A stretch of 64,000 nucleotides of DNA from an uncultured Dehalococcoidaceae bacterium (GTDB lineage Bacteria > Chloroflexota > Dehalococcoidia > UBA2979): contig CAYZJO010000001.1 in the NCBI GenBank assembly GCA_964479165.1, forward strand, positions 829,218 to 893,217, in the 5' to 3' direction. Below are positions 1 through 8,684 of the stretch, piece after piece. Position 1 is the stretch's first letter; the number at the start of each line of letters is the position of its first letter. Both the position numbers and the translations under genes were made by a program. Under the pieces are notes generated by a model. The model saw only the letters and a program-made list of their open reading frames with translations. It was not told the DNA's origin and searched no databases.

Positions 1-1252
1 GCGCGGCGCACTCGATCAGCTCGTCACGTGTCGTGGCGAAGAGCCGGCCGTGTGGCCTCAGGCCGAGCGCGTGGCCCGAGCGGCCGACGCGCTGTAGGAA
101 CGTCGCGATGCTGCCCGGCGAGCCGACCTGGCAGACGAGGTCGATGCTGCCGATGTCGATGCCCAGCTCGAGGGACGCCGTCGCCACGAGTGCGCGCAGC
201 TCGCCTTCCTTCAACTTCCGCTCGACGCGCAGACGGCGGTCGCGGGAGAGGCTGCCGTGGTGGCTCGCGACAGCCTCGGGACCGAGGCGCTGCGCGAGGT
301 GGTGCTGGATGCGCTCCGCCGTGCGGCGCGTGTTCACGAAGATCAGTGTCGTGCGGTGCGCGGTGACCAACTCGCCGAGGCGGTCGTACAGCTCGCCCCA
401 CTGCTCCGAGGACATCACCGCCTCGAGGTCCGTCGGCGGCACCTCGACCGCGAGTTCGAGGTCGCGCTGGTGGCCCAGGTCGACGATGGTGCAGTCGGGG
501 CGACCGTCCTCGCCGCTCTCTCGCGCGCCGACGAGGTAGCGCGCGATCTCCTCGATGGGCCGCACGGTCGCGGACAGGCCGATGCGCGTCGGTCGCGTCC
601 CGAGTCCACCGCGCTCGACATCGGTCACGACGTGGTCGAGGCGTGCGAGCGAGACCGCGAGGTGCGAACCGCGCCGGTCCCGCGCGAGGGCGTGCACCTC
701 GTCGACGATGACGGTGCGGACGTGTCGCAGCGTCTCGCGGCCGCGCTCGGCGGTCAGCAGCAGGTACAGCGACTCAGGCGTCGTGATCAGGATGTGCGGG
801 GGACGGCGCACCATCGAGGCGCGTTCGGAGGAGGGCGTGTCGCCGGTACGCACCGCCGTCGTGATCGCGGGGAGGTCGTAGCCGAGCTCCTCGGCAACAG
901 CGCGGATCTCCTCGAGCGGCGTCTCGAGGTTGCGCTGGATGTCGTTGCCGAGCGCTTTGAGCGGCGAGATGTAGAGGATGGCCGTCGCCGCCTCGAGTTC
1001 CCCGCGCTCGCCTCGATGCACGAGGTCGTCGATGCCGGCGAGGAAGGCGGTCAGCGTCTTGCCTGAGCCGGTCGGCGCGGAGATGAGGACGTTGCTGCCC
1101 GAGCGGATCTGCGGCCAGCCCTCGCGCTGGGCGTCGGTGGGCGCGCCGAAGCGCCGCTCGAACCAGGTCCGAACGGCCGGATGGAAGTTGCTCAGTGCGT
1201 CGTTGGCGTCGCTCACCCCGCCGCCCTCGTCGCCGACCTCATCCCCGAACAT
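1..1252 (-). CDS. lhr: Lhr-like DEAD/DEAH-box ATP-dependent helicase (N-terminal about 417 aa; gene continues beyond the window start)
   Basis: My reverse-complement translation from ATG at 1252 gives MFGDEVGD...[44 protein letters not shown] (Walker A) and later a DEVH-type motif, matching Lhr N-terminal architecture. The listed + ORF 257..1066 is its antisense shadow. Confidence 0.85.
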   Translation of the reverse strand, partial: MFGDEVGDEGGGVSDANDALSNFHPAVRTWFERRFGAPTDAQREGWPQIRSGSNVLISAPTGSGKTLTAFLAGIDDLVHRGERGELEAATAILYISPLKALGNDIQRNLETPLEEIRAVAEELGYDLPAITTAVRTGDTPSSERASMVRRPPHILITTPESLYLLLTAERGRETLRHVRTVIVDEVHALARDRRGSHLAVSLARLDHVVTDVERGGLGTRPTRIGLSATVRPIEEIARYLVGARESGEDGRPDCTIVDLGHQRDLELAVEVPPTDLEAVMSSEQWGELYDRLGELVTAHRTTLIFVNTRRTAERIQHHLAQRLGPEAVASHHGSLSRDRRLRVERKLKEGELRALVATASLELGIDIGSIDLVCQVGSPGSIATFLQRVGRSGHALGLRPHGRLFATTRDELIECAA

Positions 1253-1372
1253 GCGTGCGAAGCACGAGTGTACGCCTCAGCCGAAGGCCTCTCAACCGGG
1301 TTTAGGGAGCTCCCCGAGTGCCGGCGACACGTCGAATCCCTAGCGTCGGAGAGGTTGGGCCGAGGAGTGCGC

Positions 1373-3058
1373 ATGGTCGCCGAACCCCGCTGGATCGACG
1401 AGTCCGAAGCCGAGCCCGCTGCCGCTCCTCGTTCGCGCCTCGATGTCGGGTCCCTCGCGGCTGTCGGGAGCGCGGTGGTCGCTGGTGCGCTCGTGCGCGT
1501 CCTCCCGGCGACCGGCGGTTTCCCCGTGAATGACGGCGGCATGTTCGCGGTCATGATCGAGGACCTGAAAGCGGCGGGCTTCGCACTCCCCGCGTACACG
1601 ACCTACAACGGTGCGGACATCCCCTTCGCCTACCCGCCCCTCGGCTTCTATCTCGGTGCGCTCGTCTCGATGTTGCCCGGCTTCGATGTGTTTCGCGCGC
1701 TCGTGTGGCTGCCGGTGCTTGTGTCGATCGCCACTCTGGCCGTGTTCTATCCGCTTGCACGCCGCTTCCTCGGCGGTCACGAGGCGGCGGTGCTGGCGAC
1801 GTTCGCGTTCGCCTTCATCCCGAGGGCGTACAACTGGGAGATCATGGGCGGCGGCCTGACACGTTCGCTCGGGATGTTCTTCGCCGTCCTGGCGCTCGCG
1901 TTCCTCTACGACGTCTACGTCCGCGGCTCGCGTCGCGCGATCGTGCCGGCCGCCTTGCTTGCCTCACTCGCGATCCTGAGTCACCTCGAGATGGGGTGGT
2001 TCACCGTGTACAGCGCAGCGCTCCTGCTGGCCTTCCACCGTGATGACTTCCGAGGCAAGGTCGCGGCAACGGCGGTCATCGGGGTCGTGGTAACGGCGAT
2101 TACCGCGCCGTGGTGGCTGGCGTTGTTCGCGATGCACGGTGTCGAGCCGTTCGAGGCGGCGCTGAAGACCGGCGACTGGTCGCCGCTTACCGTCTTCCGC
2201 CTACTGATTTTCGACTTCGGTGAGGCACCGCTGCTCGACTTCATCCCCGTGCTCGCAGTGCTCGGACTCTTCACCTGCGCCGCGCGGCGGTGGTGGCTCT
2301 TGCCCGCGTGGGTCGTGGCGATTTTCGTGCTCGATCCGCGCAAGGCGCCGACGCTCGCGAGTGTGCCGGTCGCGCTGCTCGCGGCGCTCGCGCTCGACGG
2401 GATCGTGCTGCCCGCGCTGCGAACGAGCGTCGCGAGGGTGGAGGCGGTGACGGAGGCTGGGCGGCGCCGCGCCGAGCGGGTGGCCGGCGCCTTCCTCGTG
2501 ATGGTGCTTGCGTACTCGATGTTCTCCGCTACGGCTGCGGCAACGACGCGCGAGGTCCTCGCGTGGTCCGCGACGACCCAACTGTCAGTCGAGGAGCGGG
2601 CCGCGATGGAGTGGGTGGCGACCGAGACTCCGGAGGACAGCCGCTTCGTCGTCCTCAGCGATGCCCTGCGCTGGGCAGAGGATCGCAGCGCCGAGTGGTT
2701 CCCCGCCATCGCGCAGCGCACGAGCGTGGCGACGCCGCAGGGGTACGAGTGGCTCTCTGTACCGTTCCCCGAAGTTGAGGAGCGTTACGAAGACCTCGCG
2801 CGCTGCGGCCGGCAAGCGGCCGGCTGTCTCGCGGAGTGGAGCGCTGCGTACGACGCTCCCTTCACGCACGTCTACGTAGCCGGTCCGAGTCTCCGAGGCC
2901 TGACAGACAACTCGACTTCGATCGAACAGCGCCTGTCCTCCTGCTGCGATGTCCTGGAGGCCTCGCTTGCACGGTCGCCCGACTATCGGCTGCTGCACGA
3001 TGCGGGCGACGTGCGGGTGTACGAGTACCGCGGATCTGCGCGGACGTCCTCGAGGTAG
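1373..3058 (+). CDS. polytopic membrane protein, possible GT-C-fold glycosyltransferase (PMT/ArnT-like topology)
   Basis: Start taken at in-frame ATG 1373 (MVAEPRW), because the track start at 1181 would overlap the helicase start. There are about 10-12 hydrophobic segments in the first 400 aa, followed by a roughly 200-aa soluble C-terminal domain. Codon usage is the high-GC type. Confidence 0.55.
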   Translation: MVAEPRWIDESEAEPAAAPRSRLDVGSLAAVGSAVVAGALVRVLPATGGFPVNDGGMFAVMIEDLKAAGFALPAYTTYNGADIPFAYPPLGFYLGALVSMLPGFDVFRALVWLPVLVSIATLAVFYPLARRFLGGHEAAVLATFAFAFIPRAYNWEIMGGGLTRSLGMFFAVLALAFLYDVYVRGSRRAIVPAALLASLAILSHLEMGWFTVYSAALLLAFHRDDFRGKVAATAVIGVVVTAITAPWWLALFAMHGVEPFEAALKTGDWSPLTVFRLLIFDFGEAPLLDFIPVLAVLGLFTCAARRWWLLPAWVVAIFVLDPRKAPTLASVPVALLAALALDGIVLPALRTSVARVEAVTEAGRRRAERVAGAFLVMVLAYSMFSATAAATTREVLAWSATTQLSVEERAAMEWVATETPEDSRFVVLSDALRWAEDRSAEWFPAIAQRTSVATPQGYEWLSVPFPEVEERYEDLARCGRQAAGCLAEWSAAYDAPFTHVYVAGPSLRGLTDNSTSIEQRLSSCCDVLEASLARSPDYRLLHDAGDVRVYEYRGSARTSSR

Positions 3059-3068
3059 CGGGGACGCG

Positions 3069-3398
3069 TCAGGCGGTCCGGCGCGAAGCCCGTGCGAGCT
3101 CGTCGAGTTCAACGATGCCGCCGAGCAGGTCCGCCACGGTCCAGCCCTGATTTACGGGGTGACGCAACTCTCGCTCGAGGTCGAGGTGGTACGCGTTGCG
3201 CCGGCCGATCCTCGTGGCCACGAGATATCCCCCAACGCGCAGGTCGCGGAGGATGCGTGCGGCCGCGCGTTCGCTGATTCCGGCGGCGTCCGCCACTTCG
3301 CGAATCGTCGAGTCCGGGTTTCGAGCCACGTGAATGAGCGCGGCGCCGTGGTTCGTTAGGAACGTCCAGCGGCTTCCATCCGTCGTTGATTCAGTCAT
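3069..3398 (-). CDS. winged-helix HTH transcriptional regulator (ArsR/MarR-like)
   Basis: Internal start MTESTTDGSRWTFLTNHGAALIHVARNPDSTIREVADAAGISERAAARILRDLRVGGYLVATRIGRRNAYHLD shows a helix-turn-helix plus wing pattern. It is divergent from the antiporter gene. Confidence 0.6.
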   Translation of the reverse strand: MTESTTDGSRWTFLTNHGAALIHVARNPDSTIREVADAAGISERAAARILRDLRVGGYLVATRIGRRNAYHLDLERELRHPVNQGWTVADLLGGIVELDELARASRRTA

Positions 3399-3539
3399 TA
3401 CCGTCCTCTCTGGGTGGTGGTGCCTGCACCTTACACAGAGGCGCAAGACCGTTGCCTCACCGGACATGATGCTCGTGGCACCTGAGCGCCCCCCGTGGTT
3501 GAATCGGCGAACGCCCCGTGTCACCGCTGAGAGGACCGC

Positions 3540-4631
3540 ATGGACGCGCTGACGACCGTACTGTTCGTGGTCGGGTTGGTCCTGCTCGTCGTCGGCGCGG
3601 AGTCACTGGTGCGGGGGGCGTCGCGCCTGGCCGCGACCATTGGCGTTTCGCCATTGGTCATCGGACTGACGGTCGTCGCCTTCGGTACAAGCGCGCCCGA
3701 GCTTGCCGTGAGCGTCTCGTCGTCGTTCTCCGGGAACGCAGACGTGGCGGTCGGGAACGTCGTCGGCAGCAACATCTTCAATGTGCTGTTCATCCTTGGC
3801 CTGGCCGCGATCGTGGCGCCGCTCGTCGTCTCGCAGCAGCTGGTCCGCCTCGACGTGCCGCTGATGATCGGGGTCTCGATCCTGCTGCTGTTGATGTCGC
3901 TGGACGACAACATCGGACGGATCGATGGGGCGATCCTGTTCGCCGGCATCCTTGCCTACACGTGGTTCGCCATCCAATCGAGCCGGCGGGAGAGCAAGCA
4001 AGTCGCCGAGGAGTACGAGGAGGAGTTCGGCGAGACCGACCGGTCCGGCGGTCGGGTGGTCTTCGACCTGTTGCGGGTCGCCGTTGGGCTCGTCCTGCTC
4101 GTTCTCGGTGCGCGCTGGTTCGTGGACGGCGCCGTTGAGATCGCGGAGGCGCTGGGCGTCTCCGACCTGGTCATCGGACTCACTATCGTCGCGGCCGGCA
4201 CATCGATGCCTGAACTGGCGACGTCGGTGGTCGCGAGCATCCGGGGCGAGCGCGACATCGCAGTCGGGAATGTGGTGGGAAGCAATATCTTCAACATCCT
4301 CGCTGTGCTCGGACTTTCCGGCCTCGTGGCTCCGGATGGAGTCGCAGTTGCCGAGAGCGCCCAGCGTGTCGACATCCCGGTGATGGTGGCGGTGGCCGTG
4401 GCGTGCCTGCCCATCTTCTTCACGGGCTACATCATCACGAGGTGGAACGGACTGCTGTTCTTGGCAATGTACGCCGGTTACGTGGCCTACCTCCTATTCG
4501 ATGCGACCGAGAGTGCGATGCTCGGGCCGTTCTCGGTCACGATGCTCGGCTTCGTGCTACCGATTACCGGCCTCACGCTCGTGCTTCTCGCGCTCCGCTA
4601 CCTGCGGCAGGAGCGGACGGCGCGCACCTGA
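3540..4631 (+). CDS. yrbG: Ca2+/Na+ antiporter, CaCA family (YrbG-like)
   Basis: Two alpha-repeat motifs (GTSAPEL...GNVVGSNIFNVL and GTSMPELATS...GNVVGSNIFNIL). About 10 TM segments with an acidic central loop. Confidence 0.9.
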   Translation: MDALTTVLFVVGLVLLVVGAESLVRGASRLAATIGVSPLVIGLTVVAFGTSAPELAVSVSSSFSGNADVAVGNVVGSNIFNVLFILGLAAIVAPLVVSQQLVRLDVPLMIGVSILLLLMSLDDNIGRIDGAILFAGILAYTWFAIQSSRRESKQVAEEYEEEFGETDRSGGRVVFDLLRVAVGLVLLVLGARWFVDGAVEIAEALGVSDLVIGLTIVAAGTSMPELATSVVASIRGERDIAVGNVVGSNIFNILAVLGLSGLVAPDGVAVAESAQRVDIPVMVAVAVACLPIFFTGYIITRWNGLLFLAMYAGYVAYLLFDATESAMLGPFSVTMLGFVLPITGLTLVLLALRYLRQERTART

Positions 4632-4654
4632 GGATCGGCTACCGGGGCGGCGCT

Positions 4655-4678
4655 GCATTGTCAGCGCGCGTACAATGC
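4655..4678. promoter_or_regulatory. candidate operator: inverted repeat GCATTGT-N10-ACAATGC with a GCGCGC core, overlapping a TACAAT -10-like hexamer
   Basis: Perfect 7-bp arms seen directly in the sequence, about 80 nt upstream of the GTG start at 4759. Confidence 0.3.
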
Positions 4679-4758
4679 CACAGGTAATACAAGCAGCCGC
4701 TCTCCTGCCGCGCTCCCGCTCGACGAGTGAGCGGCGTTGCACGAAGAGGAGGCGCCGA

Positions 4759-5448
4759 GTGCCTCGATACCTCGTTGTTGCGCACCAGACGGCCACCGGC
4801 AAGTCGCTGTTGGATCGACTGCGCGAACTTGCTGCGAAGGACCGCAGCGCCGAGTTCTCGCTCCTGGTCCCGGCGACCCCGGTGAACCACCTGTTGACCT
4901 GGGAGAAGGGCGAGTCGCGAGCGATCGCAGAGGAACGCGGCGAGGAGGCTCGCCGGATGCTCGGCGACGCCGGCCTGCGGGTGCGCGCCGTCCGCGTCGG
5001 TGACGCCTCGCCGATCCTCGCCATCGAGGATGAGCTGCGCCAGCACCCCGAGGACCACGACGTGATCGTCCTCTCGACGCTCGCGCAGGGGCGTTCGAGG
5101 TGGCTCGCTCAGGACGTCCACCAGCAGGCGCTCAAGCGCTTCGACCTGCCCGTCCTCAAGATCGTCGAGGGGGAGCCGTCGCCCTTCGACGACTTCGATC
5201 CCACGACGGCGAAACGTCGGGAGCGCTCGATGGCGCCTGACAGCGAGCGCGGCGCGGTCGCGCGATTGCTCGGGCGCGTCGGCGTGCGGCACATCGTCGC
5301 GGTAATGGCGCTGTATCTCCTGGGGGCGCTGGTGCTCGCGGTCGTCTACGACCAGAAGTTCCTGTTCAACGATGCGCTCGCGCTCGCCATCTTCGGGACG
5401 CTGATCCTCGGACTGCTGGCGATCGAGCGATGGGCGCCGTCTGCGTGA
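4759..5448 (+). CDS. hypothetical protein with a USP-like alpha/beta nucleotide-binding-type domain and a C-terminal TM helix
   Basis: GTG start 7 nt after GAGGAGG; the longer track ORF from 4501 would overlap the antiporter. RYLVVAHQTATGKSLLDRLRELAA...VIVLSTL alternating beta-alpha pattern; C-terminal hydrophobic stretch VAVMALYLLGALVLAVV. Confidence 0.5.
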   Translation: MPRYLVVAHQTATGKSLLDRLRELAAKDRSAEFSLLVPATPVNHLLTWEKGESRAIAEERGEEARRMLGDAGLRVRAVRVGDASPILAIEDELRQHPEDHDVIVLSTLAQGRSRWLAQDVHQQALKRFDLPVLKIVEGEPSPFDDFDPTTAKRRERSMAPDSERGAVARLLGRVGVRHIVAVMALYLLGALVLAVVYDQKFLFNDALALAIFGTLILGLLAIERWAPSA

Positions 5449-5543
5449 CCCGGGCCCCGACGAGGCCGCGCCGCGGTGTAGAATCTCCCGCGCACGAGTA
5501 CGCGCGTGGTCCCGTCGCGAGGGCGGCGGAGGAAGGACGTTAG

Positions 5544-6749
5544 ATGGTCGACTTCGCCGACTCCCCCGAACAGGCGGCGTTCCGCGCCGAGGTCCGTGAG
5601 TTCATCAAGGACCGACTCCCCGCGGAGCTGATCTACAAGCCGGAGGAAGTTCGGTCCTTCGACGAGGAGGACCCGGAGGAGAAGCGCGCTGCCATGAAGC
5701 AGTGGCGCGAGGCCCTCGTCGAGAAGGGCTGGATCGCGCCGATGTGGCCGAAGGACCTCGGCGGTGCGGCGCTCTCCACCATGGAGCAGTTCATCCTCAA
5801 CGAGGAGTTCACCGAGGCCCGCGCCCCGATGATGCGCGTCCCCGACGTGGGCAGCACGATCATGGTGCACGGCTCTGAGGAGCAGAAGAAGGAGTACCTC
5901 CCGAAGATGGTCACCGGCGAGTCCCGCTGGTGCCAGGGCTACTCCGAGCCGGGCTCGGGCTCCGACCTCGCCTCGCTCCAGACCCGCGCGGTCCGCGACG
6001 GTGACGACTTCGTCATCAACGGGCAGAAGATCTGGACCTCCGGCGCCCACCTCGCGAACATGATGTTCGCCCTCGTGCGCACCGACCCGGACGCCCCGAA
6101 GCACCGCGGCATCACCTACCTCCTGCTGCCGATGACGTCGCCGGGCATCAGCGTCCGCCCGTTGAAGCAGATGTCCGAGGCCTCCGGCTTCAACGAGGTC
6201 TTCTTCGAGGACGTGCGCGTTCCCGTCCGCAACGCGATCGGTGAGATCAACCGCGGCTGGTACGTCGGCGCGACCCACCTCGACTTCGAGCGCTCGTCCA
6301 TCGGCCAGTCGGTCGGCCAGAAGCAGACGCTCGACGCCCTGAAGAACTTCCTGGTCGACGAGGAGAAGGCGGGCAGCGGTCGCTCGACGATCAGCCGCAA
6401 TGCCGGCGCGCGCGCCGAGCTGGCGGACCGTTACACCGAGGCCGAGGTCGCGAAGAACATGTCGTACCGCGTCGTCTCGATGCAGGCGGCCGGGCAGATC
6501 CCGAACTACGAGGCCTCGATGGCCAAGATGTTCAACACGGAGCTGTCCCAGCGCATCGCTCGCACCGCGACGAAGACGCTCGGCCTCTACGGCGGCCTCT
6601 TCGACGAGAACGACACGACCTACACGCCGATGAAGCGCCGCTGGTCGCGCATGTACCTCTCGACGGTGTCGGCGACGATCGCCGGTGGCACCTCGGAGAT
6701 CCAGCGCAACGTCATCGCTACGCGCGGCCTGGGCCTGCCTCGCGGGTAG
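5544..6749 (+). CDS. acyl-CoA dehydrogenase family protein
   Basis: GGAGGAAGG RBS. Conserved ACAD blocks (GYSEPGSGSDLASLQTRA, DDFVINGQKIWTSGAH, GGTSEIQRNVIA). The antisense ORF 5346..6278 is rejected. Confidence 0.9.
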   Translation: MVDFADSPEQAAFRAEVREFIKDRLPAELIYKPEEVRSFDEEDPEEKRAAMKQWREALVEKGWIAPMWPKDLGGAALSTMEQFILNEEFTEARAPMMRVPDVGSTIMVHGSEEQKKEYLPKMVTGESRWCQGYSEPGSGSDLASLQTRAVRDGDDFVINGQKIWTSGAHLANMMFALVRTDPDAPKHRGITYLLLPMTSPGISVRPLKQMSEASGFNEVFFEDVRVPVRNAIGEINRGWYVGATHLDFERSSIGQSVGQKQTLDALKNFLVDEEKAGSGRSTISRNAGARAELADRYTEAEVAKNMSYRVVSMQAAGQIPNYEASMAKMFNTELSQRIARTATKTLGLYGGLFDENDTTYTPMKRRWSRMYLSTVSATIAGGTSEIQRNVIATRGLGLPRG

Positions 6750-6773
6750 CTGTCGACGCTCGGAGTGAGGACG

Positions 6774-6803
6774 GAGGCCCGGCGCGAGCCGGGCCTCTTC
6801 TTC
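6774..6803 (+). terminator. rho-independent terminator after the acyl-CoA dehydrogenase
   Basis: GAGGCCCGGC-gcga-GCCGGGCCTC is a perfect 10-bp stem, followed by TTCTTC. Confidence 0.7.
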
Positions 6804-6873
6804 AGAAGCCTTACGTTAGGTCAGTTGGACCCTCGCTGCGCTTGGGGTGGCGGTACGAACGATCACGCTTGAC

Positions 6874-6901
6874 TTGCAGGCGTGGGCGAGCCTGCTAGAG
6901 T
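6874..6901 (+). promoter_or_regulatory. candidate sigma70-like promoter for the low-GC island (TTGCAG-N16-TGcTAGAGT)
   Basis: Hexamers read directly; an extended -10 TG is present. It lies about 75 nt upstream of the 6976 start. Confidence 0.25.
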
Positions 6902-6975
6902 GCGCGCCACACGACTTGGAATGCGACACGGCTGTATTCGGCTACTTGCTCGATTAGCTGAACTCGGAGGCAGGG

Positions 6976-8130
6976 ATGCACCGACTAGGCCGTCCTCGAT
7001 TCGTCCTTTTCGCTGGGCTTATCTCTTCCGCGCTTCTCACGCTGATGTGGATCGGTCTGAACGAAACCCGCGCATCATCTGCGTTTCTAGAGAACGTCCT
7101 TATCTCGCAGACCGTCGAGATTCACCGGCCTCCACCTGACTTTCCGGAGCCAGCGGACCCTTACCACCTTGATCGTGAGGCTTTTCCCACAGCCGTTCGG
7201 GAGCACGACACGATCGAGGTGGGAAGAGGTGGGCTAGCGGTAAGGGTCCACGTTCGGGAACTCGACCTTCAAGGCAGGCTGCTGCAAGAGGGTCTGTACG
7301 ACGATGTCCTCGGGGTCGTGCGGAATCGCAACTACATTACGGCGATCGAGCTAGTCGACGACACGGAACCGCTTTCAGTCCTCGTCGAGGACGAGGAGTT
7401 GCTTAACCGTGATTTCGTTGAGTTGGGCCAACGAACTGTCGCTGGCCTGGCCGGCCGCGAGTTCGTCCGTGATCTTGGTTCGTCGTCTGGGGTGGTGCTC
7501 GAGAACAGGGTCGTCGTTTCCGCCGAGGGCCTCCTACTTCTCGATGAAACTGTGGAGATACGCGAAGGCGCCGAGGCGCTGATCGAGCGGAGGGAGGTCA
7601 CGAGTCTCGAGATTCGCGACTTGGACGACGCCGATGGCACTTTCTTGCTGTCTGGGCCGCCGTTGACTGTTGTTCATGATCTCCGCACGCACGGTCCCAC
7701 TGCGGCCACGGAGGTCGCAACTGTTGCGGCGCTGCCTTCCGGCCTCCTACAGATCGACGCGGCCACCCAGTCTCACAGCGCGGGCGCGTTGAGCGAGGCG
7801 GATTTGCCGTCCGCGAGCGGTGTCGGACTTGCTGCGCTGCTGAACGGTGCCTACTCCTCGCTGGTGCAGCTCAATACTGGACATGCTCTGGTCATGCAGA
7901 GTCGGTCTCCGTCGTTCGACGAGCAAGTACGCCGGTCGATAGCCGACTGGGTGAACTCACGCGTCGAGACCGTGACTCTCGCGGATGGTCGAGAACTGGA
8001 CGCTTGGATAGCGGACGGGCTGGATGGCAGTTCGCTAGCCTTCCTCCGGGTCGGCGACTTGCTTGCCGTCGTCAGGTCTTACGATGCAGATATCCACGCC
8101 GTCCTCGAGTCGGCTCTTATTGCGCGGTAG
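6976..8130 (+). CDS. hypothetical protein, N-terminal signal anchor plus acidic extracytoplasmic domain (island gene A)
   Basis: GGAGG RBS. MHRLGRPRFVLFAGLISSALLTLMWIG hydrophobic anchor. The rest is D/E-rich with no motif I recognise. Lower-GC codon usage. Confidence 0.55.
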   Translation: MHRLGRPRFVLFAGLISSALLTLMWIGLNETRASSAFLENVLISQTVEIHRPPPDFPEPADPYHLDREAFPTAVREHDTIEVGRGGLAVRVHVRELDLQGRLLQEGLYDDVLGVVRNRNYITAIELVDDTEPLSVLVEDEELLNRDFVELGQRTVAGLAGREFVRDLGSSSGVVLENRVVVSAEGLLLLDETVEIREGAEALIERREVTSLEIRDLDDADGTFLLSGPPLTVVHDLRTHGPTAATEVATVAALPSGLLQIDAATQSHSAGALSEADLPSASGVGLAALLNGAYSSLVQLNTGHALVMQSRSPSFDEQVRRSIADWVNSRVETVTLADGRELDAWIADGLDGSSLAFLRVGDLLAVVRSYDADIHAVLESALIAR

Positions 8131-8157
8131 TCGCTCCCGAATCACCAAGGAGTCGTC

Positions 8158-8628
8158 ATGATTCAACGGTGGTCCACTTCCCTTCTTGTTGTGATCGTCG
8201 CAGCCTTCGCTCTGAGTACGGCGAATCCGGCTGGAGCTTGGATTCAAACTTGGACTCATACAGGCACCTGGGGCATAGGTACGCTCCAGTGGACGCACGG
8301 CTGGGACTGGTATTCGACCTGCTGCACCAAGGGCGGTGGTCGTTCTCACGGCACTCCATCCGGGTCGGCTACGTTCGACCAGATCTCCGTTACCAGCATC
8401 CAGAGCTGGACGAGTACCAACGGGGGAGCCTCGTGGACTCTCCGGGCTTCACACGGTGGGGCGACGTGGTTCAACTCCAACGACACAGGCTTGTACTGGA
8501 CGGGCGGCCATGGGCTCCCACCAATGGCACCCTCCCCTAAATACCGAGTCAATGCGACTCACACGTGGAAAGACCCATCGACGGTTTCATTCACGTCGTA
8601 TCACTATGAGGGTGAAGTCCCGCCATAA
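8158..8628 (+). CDS. small secreted W/T/G/H-rich protein (island gene B), possibly bacteriocin-like or lectin-like
   Basis: AAGGAG RBS 7 nt upstream. Signal peptide MIQRWSTSLLVVIVAAFALSTANPAGA. The mature ~130-aa product has many Trp and a CC pair. Confidence 0.6.
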   Translation: MIQRWSTSLLVVIVAAFALSTANPAGAWIQTWTHTGTWGIGTLQWTHGWDWYSTCCTKGGGRSHGTPSGSATFDQISVTSIQSWTSTNGGASWTLRASHGGATWFNSNDTGLYWTGGHGLPPMAPSPKYRVNATHTWKDPSTVSFTSYHYEGEVPP

Positions 8629-8684
8629 CTCGCAAAGTCGCCGCCAATCTCGCTGCGTATCTTCGAAATGCACTGACTGCGCTA

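Noticed and set aside
257-1066. 269-aa + strand ORF
   Set aside because: It is the antisense shadow of the Lhr-like helicase gene, which is a common artefact in high-GC DNA. The helicase frame carries Walker A and DEVH motifs.
1321-1360. tRNA-like TCGAATCC motif
   Set aside because: There is no flanking GG or acceptor-stem complementarity, and it lies in the helicase/membrane-protein intergenic region. No tRNA structure is supported.
4501-4758. 5' extension of the USP-like ORF
   Set aside because: It would overlap the antiporter's last 130 nt. A GAGGAGG RBS supports the downstream GTG at 4759.
5346-6278. 310-aa - strand ORF
   Set aside because: Antisense to the well-supported acyl-CoA dehydrogenase gene; low-complexity R/G/A/L composition.
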